DNA of 57,995 nucleotides, counting the filler, from an uncultured Synergistales bacterium (GTDB lineage: Bacteria > Synergistota > Synergistia > Synergistales > Aminobacteriaceae): assembly GCA_937897575.1 (NCBI GenBank). It is 5 parts of 5 records of this genome, joined end to end, with 100 filler letters (N's around TTAATTAATTAA, not from the genome) between each part and the next. Parts side by side here need not be neighbours in the genome. Positions count along the whole stretch, not along the records: positions 17,715 to 40,828 come from CALCQG010000162.1; 4 more parts are not named here. The stretch is one strand, 5' to 3'. Shown here one piece after another: positions 27,978-37,810 of this stretch (the stretch's first letter is position 1; each line of letters begins with the position of its first letter). Under the pieces are notes generated by a model. It saw only the letters and a program-made list of their open reading frames with translations, had not been told where the DNA came from and did not search any database. Made by a program: the position numbers and the translations under genes.

Positions 27978-30067
27978 TCACCTGCCCATGAGCACCCGGG
28001 ACGCGTTCAGCGTGGCCAGCAGCGCCACCCCCACATCGGCGAAGACGGCCTCCCACATGGTGGCCATGCCCCAGGCGCCCATGAGGAGCACCAGCGCCTT
28101 GACACCCAGCGCGAAGGTGATGTTCTGCCACACGATGGTCCTGGTGCGGCGCGCGATGGCCACAACGTCGGCCACGGACGACGGATCGTCGCCGAGCAGG
28201 ACTCCGTCGGCCGCCTCCACGGCAGCGTCGGCGCCGAGCCCCCCCATGGCGAGCCCCACGTCGGCCGCGGCGAGGAGCGGCGCATCGTTCAGCCCGTCGC
28301 CCACGAACACCGTGACGCCTCCGATGCGATCCCGCTCCCGCTCGAAGGAGCGGAGTTTGTCCCCCGGCAGCAGATCGCCCTCCCAGACGTCGAGGCCCAG
28401 GGAGGAGGCCACGGTCTCCGCATTCCCGGCCCGGTCGCCGGAGAGCATGCCGATGGTCGTCACCCCCAGCGTCCGAAGGCCGTGGACGGCGCGGGCGGCC
28501 TCGGTGCGAAGGGTGTCCGACACGACGAGGTACCCTGCGTAGCGCCCCCCGATGGCCACGTGGACCAGGGCCCCGCCGGCCTCCACGGGCGTCACGGCGA
28601 TGCCCGCGCTCTCGAGCAGACGGGCGTTTCCGGCGAGAACGACCTGTCCGTCCACGACGGCGCGGACGCCCATGCCGGCGATCTCCTCCACGGAGACGGG
28701 GTCCGCCGTCCCGCCTCCGGCTGCCGCCACGGCCCTGGCTATGGGGTTGTTCGCTTCATAAGCTTCTGCTCCTGCTGTTATTTTTTGCGAAGAAGCTCGT
28801 CGGACGTGAAGGCGCCATGGGGCACGACCTCCGTCACGGTGAAGACCCCCTTCGTGAGGGTCCCCGTCTTGTCGAAGAGCACGCCCTTCGTCCGCCAGAG
28901 ATTCTCCAGCACGCTGCCGCCCTTGAGGAACACGCCCCGCTTCGACGCCGCACCGATGCCGCCGAAGATGGCCAGAGGCACGGAGATGACGAGGGCGCAT
29001 GGGCAGGAGACGACGAGGAAGACCAGGGCGCGGTACCCCCACTGGCGCACCGTCCCGAAGCCCACAAGGGGAGGCAGGATGGCCAGCAGAGCGGCGGCCG
29101 CCACGACGGCGGGCGTGTACCATCGGGCGAAGGAGGTGATGAACCGCTCCGTCGGCGCCTTCTTCTCCCGGGCTTCCTCCATGAGCCGGAGGGCCTTCGA
29201 GAGGGTCGACTCGCCGAAGAGGCTCGTGGTCCGCACGACGACCGTTCCGCTCAGGTTGACGGACCCCGCCAGGACCTCGTCCCCGGGGCGGACATCCCGG
29301 GGGATGGACTCGCCCGTCAGGGACGCCGTGTCCAGGGCTGAGACACCCTCCGTCACGACACCGTCGAGAGGGATCTTCTCGCCCGGTTTCACGAGCAGGA
29401 GGCTCCCCACGGCCACATCCTCTGCCCGGCGGGGCACCTCGGCGCCCCCTTCGAGCACCGTGGCCCCGTCGGGGCGGATGTCCGAGAGGGACAGGATGGC
29501 CCGCCTGGACCGCGCCACGGCCATGTCCTGGACCAGCTCACCCGCCTCGTAGAAGAGCATGACCGCCACGGCTTCGGCGTACTCCCCTACGGCGAAGGCC
29601 CCGAGGGTGGCGATGGTCATGAGGAAAAACTCGTCGAAGATCCGCCCCTTCGCCAGGTTGCCCGCCACGGTGCGCAGGACGTGCACCCCCGCCGTCAGAT
29701 AGGCCGTCACGAAGAGGGTCGTCTGAAGGGCTCGCTCCATGGGCAGGAACAGCGCCGCCGCGAGCAGCAGGCCGGCCGTGCCCAGGCGAAGGGCATCCCT
29801 CTTCGGCAAGACGGGGCCGGCCATGGCCGATTCCTTCCTGTCGCGAACCACCACGCCGGGCTCGATGGACGACGCGATGGACTGAACGGCGGCGGCCAGT
29901 TCGTCACCCCTTGCGCCGTCGGCGAGGCGGATCACCAGGGAACCGCTCAGGACGTCCAGCGACGCGTCGGCCACGCCGGGCAGCTTCTTGGCCTCGGCCT
30001 CGATCTTCGTCGCGCAGCTGGCGCAGTTCAGGCCCTCCAGGGACAGGCGCAGGGAGGCGCCGTTCAC
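27978..30067 (-). pseudogene. cadA: Heavy-metal (Cd/Zn/Co) P1B-type ATPase, frameshifted near 28780
   Basis: GLNCASCA HMA domain, LTGES, SCPCALVIS, FDKTGTLT in one frame; GDGLNDAP and AVFADVGV in another. GTG 30067 overlaps the ArsR stop. Confidence 0.88.
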
Positions 30068-30432
30068 TCGTCCCGCCCCCTGCCGTGCCGGTCGTGGCGG
30101 ACGTGGCGGAACCCCTGGTCGAAGATGGTCCGAACGTGGTCGTCGTCCAGACCGTAGATGGCCGACCGGCCCCGCCTCGCCACCCGCACCAGGCGCGCCT
30201 GTTTCAGCACCCGGAGCTGGTGGGAGATGGCCGACTGGTTCATGGCGAGCAGCGCTGCAATGTCGGCGACGCAGAGGTCGGACACGGACAGAGCGCACAG
30301 GATCTTGATCCGCGTCGTATCGCCGAAGACCCGGAAGAGGTCCGACAGCTCGTAGAGCAGTTCGTCGGGTGGCATCTCCTCGGCCACGTTCCGGAGTTCG
30401 GGGGGTATCTCGTCTTTTCGGGCGATGGGCAT
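30064..30432 (-). CDS. ArsR/SmtB-family metal-sensing repressor
   Basis: LFRVFGDTTRIKIL, LCVADIA, QSAISHQLRVLKQARLV, alpha5-type DDDHV...H site. Confidence 0.92.
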   Translation of the reverse strand: MPIARKDEIPPELRNVAEEMPPDELLYELSDLFRVFGDTTRIKILCALSVSDLCVADIAALLAMNQSAISHQLRVLKQARLVRVARRGRSAIYGLDDDHVRTIFDQGFRHVRHDRHGRGRDE

Positions 30433-30448
30433 CAAGGCATTGCCCTCC

Positions 30449-30490
30449 TCATATGTGATATATGAACATATGTTCATATATCACATATGA
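30449..30490. promoter_or_regulatory. SmtB/CzrA-type operator inside a perfect 42-bp palindrome
   Basis: TCATATGTGATATATGAACAT|ATGTTCATATATCACATATGA directly upstream of the ArsR RBS. Confidence 0.85.
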
Positions 30491-31268
30491 TTGTTTCGCG
30501 CAAGGGGCATCTCCGTGTGTGGGTGACAGGCCCGGGCCGACATCGACGAAAAAGCGAAGACTGCTGCTTTCTCTGTACAGACCTCTTGTCGATGGGGCAG
30601 GCAAGGCGCCACTTTCATTTTCTCTGTCCGCGCGGGACCAGCCATAAAATCGTAATCGTCGGTACTGACTAGGAGTACCTGCTTTGCACGTGGGGGCAGA
30701 CTCCGTTGGATGTGCCAGGCAGGAGCGTCGAGAACTTCCCTGCACGCAGGGACGAGAGGCCCTCGGCGCTCTTCTTTCCGAACCCCGGATATATGCCTTC
30801 TCTTTACTACGACAGCCTGTCCTATATGTGGAGGCAGGATCCTGACCGACCTCGTCCGTTCGTGGCGGTACAGAGGCTACTCTATATGGGGAGGGCATGC
30901 TCCGTTGCGTCTGCCTGGCAGGAGGTATCGAGAGCCTTCCTTGCATGTTGGGAGGCAGAACGCAATACTGTTCACAAAGAGGGCTCTTTACCGTGTCTTT
31001 CCTGCACGCCGGGGGGCAGGATCCCCGGGTGCTCTTTCCGGATCCCGGATAGATGTCTTCTCTTGACGTGGGAGCAAACCTGTCACGCGGGAAATCGAAG
31101 CCCCCGGAAGGGGGACGGCAACAGCTCCCCGTCCTTTGCCATCGGTCTGAACGCTCCTACGACAATCTGGAGCCTCCTGAGCCCATGAAATAGATATGTC
31201 TGCATAAAGGCCAAAGTGTGTCGACACAAAAAATGTGCGATGTGATGAACCACCTGGTGAGGGTGTCG

Positions 31269-32252
31269 TTACGTGCTCTGTTGCAACGTATTGATGAAAT
31301 CTGGATCTTTCATAAACGGCCTTGCAATACCAAAGGCTGCAATTTTCGTTGTTTGCAATATCTCCAGCATTTCAGCAGTGCTCCGAATGCCGCCGGTCAG
31401 TATGATATCCGGAGCGACCATCTTCGCCGCTTTGGCAGCGGCTTCAAGATAGTAGGGGCCTATCTTCGATGCTATGGCACTCCAGTTTCCGCTTACCTCG
31501 ATCGCCGCCACCCTCAGTCTGTCCAATTGCTCACACAGATATATGAAATCATCCAAAGCGATGCCATTGTCCATATGCTCAGCGCTGTTCAACTTCACCC
31601 AAACAGGGTAGTCCTCGCCAACAGCTTCTTTCACCGCTTTCACCGTTTCCAGCAGCATACGCGAACGATTCTCAAGGACTCCCCCATACTCATCCGTCCG
31701 GTGGTTGTAATACGGGGACGCGAACAGGCTGATCAAAAAATTGTGCGCTGCATGGATTTCCACCCCGTCATATCCCGCTTCTTTTCCACGGAGTGCGGCG
31801 CCGGCAAAACAGTGCTGCACCTGCCGAATTTCTTCCTCAGACATCTCCTTCGGCATTATTTTGCTTGCCAGATGCTCCACTGCACTTGGGGCATAAATGG
31901 GAATCCCCGTGTAATCGCCTCCTATGACATACGAACCCACAGAAGCGATTTGTACGACTATCCTCCCTCCCTGCTCGTGGACGGCCTTCACCAGCTCTCT
32001 ATGTCCCGGTATATGGCTGTCGTCAAAAAAATGAATGGTTGGGATAAACGATTCCCGTTTTTCCACTGTGACAAATCCGGTGATAATGACACCAACACCA
32101 CCAGCCGCAAGATCACGGTATTGCCCAATAATTTCATCAGTTATACCACCAGTGGAATGATCGCCGATAGCAGCGCGGATGATGCTGTTCCTGGCAGATA
32201 TGCCCCCAATTATAGTAGGCGTAAACAATGTCTTCCCTCCCTGAGCGCCCAT
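31269..32252 (-). CDS. NADH:flavin oxidoreductase (Old Yellow Enzyme family)
   Basis: LAAGGVGVIITG, AGYDGVEIHAAH, NHRTDEYGGVLENRSR, TGGIRS, ARPFMKDPD. Confidence 0.88.
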   Translation of the reverse strand: MGAQGGKTLFTPTIIGGISARNSIIRAAIGDHSTGGITDEIIGQYRDLAAGGVGVIITGFVTVEKRESFIPTIHFFDDSHIPGHRELVKAVHEQGGRIVVQIASVGSYVIGGDYTGIPIYAPSAVEHLASKIMPKEMSEEEIRQVQHCFAGAALRGKEAGYDGVEIHAAHNFLISLFASPYYNHRTDEYGGVLENRSRMLLETVKAVKEAVGEDYPVWVKLNSAEHMDNGIALDDFIYLCEQLDRLRVAAIEVSGNWSAIASKIGPYYLEAAAKAAKMVAPDIILTGGIRSTAEMLEILQTTKIAAFGIARPFMKDPDFINTLQQST

Positions 32253-32629
32253 ATCTGGCGTTGTTGATAAGGATGTCGATGCGTCAAAAACGATTTTTTA
32301 CGAAGATAGGGTCGTGCGGACTTCATCCCTGCTGCAATCAAAACAAACTGGTTGGCCTTGATGTACTCCGCGTTCCGCTTGAAGTCAACTCTCTGGTTTG
32401 CTATAAAAAGCTCACGCAGCGTAGTGCTGAAAATACAACAAAGCGCCGTGTGGACACAGCGGCAGCGGAGTTTTCACATTTGGCATCGCTGGCGCACGTG
32501 GTGACCGGATAGCCGCCCTGGCGCAGTGCAACAAGCAGGCTCTATACGCTTATTTCGGCAATAAGGCTGAGCAGTCGTTGATTAAAACACTGGCTGGCCG
32601 TCATACTATGAAAAAAGCGGCTTGCTGGG

Positions 32630-33787
32630 TCACTGCCCGAAGACCCGCGCGGCATCACGCATGTTGTCCATGATTTTGACGCCAAAAGGGCACCGCTCTT
32701 CACAACTGCCGCAGGCGATACAATCCGTTCCATGGGCCGAAAGTTCCCGGTAGTGCTGAGCGATGCTCGGAGCAACAGTCTTCTCGTCCAACCTCGCAAT
32801 ATCCAGGTACTTGTTGACGGCCGCGATGTTTATTTCCGAGGGACACGGCAGGCAGTGATTGCAGTATACACAGCTCCCCGCGAAACCTCCTTTGCCATCG
32901 TCCTTGAAAGCACGCACCGCCTGGCTGTAGTCGCGTTCTTCGTCGCTCAAATCCAGGTAGCCTACAGCCTCCTCGACTTCACTTCGGGAGCGGCAGCCTA
33001 CAAGAACACTGGACACCGCCGGGCGTGTCAGAGCGTAGTGGATACACTGCCCCGGGGTGAGCGCCTGAGCAAAGGGGGAATGCTCGACCGAGAGAAGTTT
33101 TCCAGCGCCCAGACTTTTCATGACTGTGATGCCAATGCCGCGACTCTGACAGAGTCGGTACAACTCTGCTCGTTCAGGGTCAACACGGGTAACGCTCGCT
33201 GCATACTCATCTCCAAGCATGGCGGCTATGTCGCCCCCACCAGGCATCATGTCGAAAGCCGGGTTGATGCTGAACAGCATCATGTCCACAAGATTTTCCT
33301 CCACCAGGCGTCGGGCGGTCGCCGGGTTGTGAACGCTGGCTCCCACTGCCCTGATCACTCCGTCCTGTCGCAGTTTTCGGGCATACGCCACAATGCCGTT
33401 GTCCAGAACGGCGTCTATATCCTCATGGGAATCCAGGAAAAAAAGCATACCGAAGTCAATATAGTCCGTGTTCAGACAGCGTAACAAGTTTTCAAAATAG
33501 CGGCGGCAGATGCTCAAATCCCGGCTCGTATCATATTGATCGCTCAGGTCTACGGAGCCAATGGCACCTTGGATGAGCATTTTCTCCCGCTTTCCCCGAA
33601 GAGCCAGGCCTATATTTGTCCGAACAGCGTCTCCCGGCATAAACAGATCCATGATGTTGACCCCATGATCCAATGCCGTGCCTATGACTTCTTCGGCAAG
33701 CTCCGGCGGCTTGTTGTCCAGATGCTCGCAGCCGAGTCCAATAATACTGACCTCAATGCCGGTGCTACCCAAAGAGCGAAATTGCAT
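32630..33787 (-). CDS. Aldo/keto reductase with C-terminal 4Fe-4S dicluster
   Basis: LGSTGIEVSIIGLGCE, LNTDYIDFG, VMKSLGAG, CVYCNHCLPCP, CIACGSCEERCPF. Confidence 0.92.
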   Translation of the reverse strand: MQFRSLGSTGIEVSIIGLGCEHLDNKPPELAEEVIGTALDHGVNIMDLFMPGDAVRTNIGLALRGKREKMLIQGAIGSVDLSDQYDTSRDLSICRRYFENLLRCLNTDYIDFGMLFFLDSHEDIDAVLDNGIVAYARKLRQDGVIRAVGASVHNPATARRLVEENLVDMMLFSINPAFDMMPGGGDIAAMLGDEYAASVTRVDPERAELYRLCQSRGIGITVMKSLGAGKLLSVEHSPFAQALTPGQCIHYALTRPAVSSVLVGCRSRSEVEEAVGYLDLSDEERDYSQAVRAFKDDGKGGFAGSCVYCNHCLPCPSEINIAAVNKYLDIARLDEKTVAPSIAQHYRELSAHGTDCIACGSCEERCPFGVKIMDNMRDAARVFGQ

Positions 33788-34497
33788 GCTCGTACCCCGC
33801 CTTTCAAGTCATCGTAGTTGGTTATATATGGTGACCCATTATTTCCTTGGAGTCAACCAATTCGTTGGTTTTAAGTGGTTTATGCAATGTATTGCTGATA
33901 ACACTGCGAGTTGCTTTCTAGACATGGCGAAAAACGCTGGTGCCATTCTCATTGATTACGCAGCCATCAGGCGGAGGGGGCTTAGGCACATACCATAGTG
34001 AAATAACAAAAATTTTACCGCTCAAGCTGCTGTGCACAGCAAGACGTCCATACCTGCAGAGCGCATCACGAATGCGTTTGATGCCTTCGTACGCTGACAT
34101 TTTGGGAAATGGACGGGCTCTTTCTCGCTTGTGGCGTTGTAACAACCGCTTTGCAGCATCACAGGCGTTTTTTTATATGGAAACGGCACGGGACCACGAT
34201 ACCACACCGGCAGAGAAAAAACAGACCGTCCCGGACGCGGAAACTTCACGGCCGTTCCCTGTGCGACGGGCACCCGTCCAACCAGCCTGTACAAAGCTCC
34301 TGAAAAGATGGTACACTTTCTGCGCTCGTGACGACCTCGCGCCGCTGTTCTCTCCAAAGCCGGAGAGGCGTGCGCCAAGAGCGTGCGTCGTCTCGACCGG
34401 CCTTCCGCAAGGGCGGGGTTCAACTCCTGCGGCATGGAGGCACCCTGCTCCGGGCGTTCCGGAACACTTCCTGGCGGCACAGAAGGGAGGAAACTCC

Positions 34498-35442
34498 GTG
34501 ACATCGTGCAAGAGAGTCCTGGTAACCGGAGGCGCCGGTTTCCTCGGGTCCCATCTCTGCGCCCGCCTCACCGGCGAAGGGGTGAGCGTGATCTGTCTGG
34601 ACAACTTCTTCACCGGCATACGGGACAACGTTGCTCCCCTGCTCGCCTCGCCCCTGTTCGAACTCGTCCGTCACGACATCACCGAGCCGTACCTCGCACC
34701 GGTGGACAGAATCTACAATTTCGCCTGCCCGGCGAGCCCCGTCCACTATCAGATCAACCCCGTCCAGACCATGAAGACCAACGTCTACGGCGCCATTCAC
34801 CTCCTGGAGCTGGCGAAGGAGACCGATGCGAGGATCTTCCAGGCCTCCACCAGCGAGGTATACGGCGACCCCGAGGAGCACCCCCAGACGGAACGGTACT
34901 GGGGGCGGGTGAACCCCGTCGGGCGGAGGAGCTGCTACGACGAGGGCAAACGGTGCGCCGAGACGGCCTTCTTTGACTATCGCCGACAGTACGGCCTGGA
35001 CATCAAGGTGGGGCGGATCTTCAACACCTACGGCCCCAAGATGCGCCCCGACGACGGCCGGGTGGTGAGTACCTTCATCTGCCAGGCTCTTCGTGGCGAG
35101 GACATCACCATCTTCGGCGACGGAAGTCAGACGAGGAGCTTCTGCTACGTCACGGACCTGATGGACGCTGTGCTCCGGTTCATGGAGACCCCCGAGGGTA
35201 TCACCGGCCCCGTCAACCTGGGAAATCCGACCGAGAGCACCATCCTCTCCATCGCCGAGAACGTGCTCGCCCTGTGCGGCGGCCCCTCCCGAATACGCTT
35301 TCTTCCCCTGCCCGAGGACGATCCCCGGCAGCGAAAACCCGACATCACCCTCGCCCGGTCGCACCTTGACTGGGAACCGAAGGTCCCCCTCGAGGAGGGG
35401 TTGAAGGAGACCATCCACTGGTTCCGGGGGACCCTGTCGTGA
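34498..35442 (+). CDS. UDP-glucuronate decarboxylase (UDP-xylose synthase) family SDR
   Basis: GGGAGG RBS, GTG 34498; [59 protein letters not shown]. Confidence 0.92.
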   Translation: MTSCKRVLVTGGAGFLGSHLCARLTGEGVSVICLDNFFTGIRDNVAPLLASPLFELVRHDITEPYLAPVDRIYNFACPASPVHYQINPVQTMKTNVYGAIHLLELAKETDARIFQASTSEVYGDPEEHPQTERYWGRVNPVGRRSCYDEGKRCAETAFFDYRRQYGLDIKVGRIFNTYGPKMRPDDGRVVSTFICQALRGEDITIFGDGSQTRSFCYVTDLMDAVLRFMETPEGITGPVNLGNPTESTILSIAENVLALCGGPSRIRFLPLPEDDPRQRKPDITLARSHLDWEPKVPLEEGLKETIHWFRGTLS

Positions 35443-36125
35443 AGCTCTCCGTGGCAATCCCCTGCTACAACGAGGCGACGACGATAGAGACCCTGCTCCT
35501 GGCCGTCCGGGCGTCGCCGTGTACCCCCAAGGAGGTGATCGTCGTGGACGACGGTTCCACCGACGGCACTCGGGACATTCTCCAGAGACGCTCCGATCTT
35601 GTGGACATCCTGCTGCTCCACGACCGGAACAGGGGAAAAGGAGCGGCCATGCGCACCGCTTTCGCCGCCGCCACAGGAGACGTGATCCTTGTTCAGGACG
35701 CGGACCTCGAGTACGACCCGGCGGAGTATCCGAAGCTCGTCGCCTCCATAGAATCCGGCGAGGCCGACGTGGTCTTCGGCACACGATTCGCCGGGAAAGG
35801 ACAGAAGAGCCCCTTGTGGCACACTGCCGGAAACCGTCTGCTCACGGCCCTGTCCAACCTCTGCACCGGCCTGCGCCTCACGGATATGGAGACCTGCCAC
35901 AAAGCCTTCAGGAAGGACGTCCTTGAACGAATCACCATCGAGGAGGACCGCTTCGGGTTCGAACCGGAGATCACGGCCAAGATCGCCCGGATGAAGTGCC
36001 GGATCGTGGAGGTACCAGTATCCTACGCGCCACGGAGCTACGCCGAGGGGAAGAAGATCGGCATGAAGGACGGCCTGCGCACCTTGTGGTGCATCGTGAA
36101 GTACGGCATAGGGAGGAGCGAATGA
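35439..36125 (+). CDS. GT2 glycosyltransferase (polyprenol-phosphate sugar synthase-like)
   Basis: [48 protein letters not shown]. Confidence 0.92.
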   Translation: MKLSVAIPCYNEATTIETLLLAVRASPCTPKEVIVVDDGSTDGTRDILQRRSDLVDILLLHDRNRGKGAAMRTAFAAATGDVILVQDADLEYDPAEYPKLVASIESGEADVVFGTRFAGKGQKSPLWHTAGNRLLTALSNLCTGLRLTDMETCHKAFRKDVLERITIEEDRFGFEPEITAKIARMKCRIVEVPVSYAPRSYAEGKKIGMKDGLRTLWCIVKYGIGRSE

Positions 36126-37489
36126 AAAAAATCATCCTGATCGCCCTGATCCTCCGGTTGGCCGTCACATCGGCTCTCCTGATCGCCGGAGGCCCCCGGA
36201 TGGCCATGGGCCCCGACAGCGCCTCCTACCTGGAGTCCGCCCGAAGCCTGCTGGAGTCCGGGCAGTTCAACCGGGAGGGACACCCCGAGGTGATCCGCAC
36301 GCCGGGGTACCCCCTCTTCCTCCTCCCGGGCCTCGCGGCAGGTCACGTTGTCGAGATCACCACGGGCCTCCAGATCCTCCTCGACGGAGCGACGGTCGGC
36401 ATTATCTTCACCCTCGTCCGCTCCCTGGGAGGCAGTCGAACCGCCGCGGCCGCCGCCGGTCTGCTTTTCGCCCTGGACCCAGTCGCCTTCGTCTGGCCCG
36501 TGAAGATCCTCACGGAGACCCTTTTCACCTTCTTGACGGCGCTCTTCCTGCTCCTCGCCGTCCTGGGGTGGACCAGGAAACGTCCGGCCCTCTCCGCCGC
36601 GTCCTTTGCCGTCCTCGCAGCGGCCTGCTTCGTCCGGCCCATCGGCGTTGCCTTCGTGGCGGCGCTTTTCGGAGCCCTCCTCCTGTTCACCCTCCTCGGG
36701 GTGATGGACCGAAGGCGAGGGGCGCTGCTCTGCGGCCTCCTCGTCCTCTGCACGGGGCTCCCCATCGGGCTCTGGTCCCTTCGGAACGAACGGGTCGCGG
36801 GGTACCACGGGTTCTCCGGCATTAGCGCCATAAACACGTACTTTTACAACGCCGCCTCCGTGCAGGCGACCCTTGAAGGCGTCCCTTTCGAGCACACATA
36901 CCCCTGGGAGAAGACCATTCTGTGGGAGGGGCAGCCGACCACTCCGGCGCAGCTCCCCGTCTGGAAGGGGCCGGTGCTGAACGAATTTCGCCGGAGAGGC
37001 CTGGCAATTCTGCGGGAGCATCTGTCGCTCTACAGCCGGATTCATCTCGCAGGGAGCTTGCGCACTGCCTTCGAGGGGTTCAAGTTCGACCGGTTGGGGT
37101 CCGTGGGGGTCCTGGGGGTTTTCATCGGACAAAAACCGGATGAAACACCCTCTGGCGCGGCCCTCCAGGGCAGGGGATTCCTTGCTCGGGGTGTGGCCAT
37201 CGCACGCCATCGATCCGTCATCGTGGCCTGTACCCTCTTCAGCGCGGCGCTCCTCGCCCTGGGGTACCTTCTCGCCTTCACGGCCGTCCTCTCGGGAGTA
37301 CCGAGGGAGACTCTCCGGATTCCCGTCCTGCTCCTCGCCGGGACCGTCCTCACCTTCATCCTTGTGAGCGGAGGACCCGTGGGGGGTCCGCGGTTCCGTC
37401 TTCCGGCACTTCCCGCCCTCTATGCTCTCGCCGGTCTTGGACTATCGTTCCTTCAAGAGCGCTTCGGCGCACCGAAATCCACCGTCTGA
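36122..37489 (+). CDS. GT-C fold membrane glycosyltransferase (ArnT/PMT-like)
   Basis: ATGA-coupled start; PDSASY, RTPGYPLFL, ILTETLF, VRP, RFRLP; many TM segments. Confidence 0.78.
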   Translation: MKKIILIALILRLAVTSALLIAGGPRMAMGPDSASYLESARSLLESGQFNREGHPEVIRTPGYPLFLLPGLAAGHVVEITTGLQILLDGATVGIIFTLVRSLGGSRTAAAAAGLLFALDPVAFVWPVKILTETLFTFLTALFLLLAVLGWTRKRPALSAASFAVLAAACFVRPIGVAFVAALFGALLLFTLLGVMDRRRGALLCGLLVLCTGLPIGLWSLRNERVAGYHGFSGISAINTYFYNAASVQATLEGVPFEHTYPWEKTILWEGQPTTPAQLPVWKGPVLNEFRRRGLAILREHLSLYSRIHLAGSLRTAFEGFKFDRLGSVGVLGVFIGQKPDETPSGAALQGRGFLARGVAIARHRSVIVACTLFSAALLALGYLLAFTAVLSGVPRETLRIPVLLLAGTVLTFILVSGGPVGGPRFRLPALPALYALAGLGLSFLQERFGAPKSTV

Positions 37490-37810
37490 CCACTTCGTGC
37501 ACGAGGTATCAGAATGACCCTCTATGAAGGCACCATAACAGAGCGATAGAGAGAAAACAAAAGAGGGAATACCTCTGAGAAAGACTCCGCTCCTCGCTCT
37601 GCCACTTCATTGCCCCGTTGCGGCCAACCCTGCCACCGCCATAGGATCTGCAAACCCCGACACCCCGGATACGAAGTCCCGCACCAGCTTCGGCGCAGGC
37701 ATGCTTCCTCCCCGGACGAGAAAAAATGGGGCGTCGAGAGCGGATCGAGAACCGTTTTTCCGTGGAACTGTTCGTGGCGGGGTATGAGGCCGTCTTGGGC
37801 GGCTCACCCG

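Noticed and set aside
30706..31188. Short ORFs, including one with CPICGG
   Set aside because: No RBS or family motif I can support; probably spacer or decayed sequence.
33940..34497. 186-aa N-terminal extension on the UDP-glucuronate decarboxylase
   Set aside because: The RBS and family N-terminus point to GTG 34498; the extension has no protein-like features.
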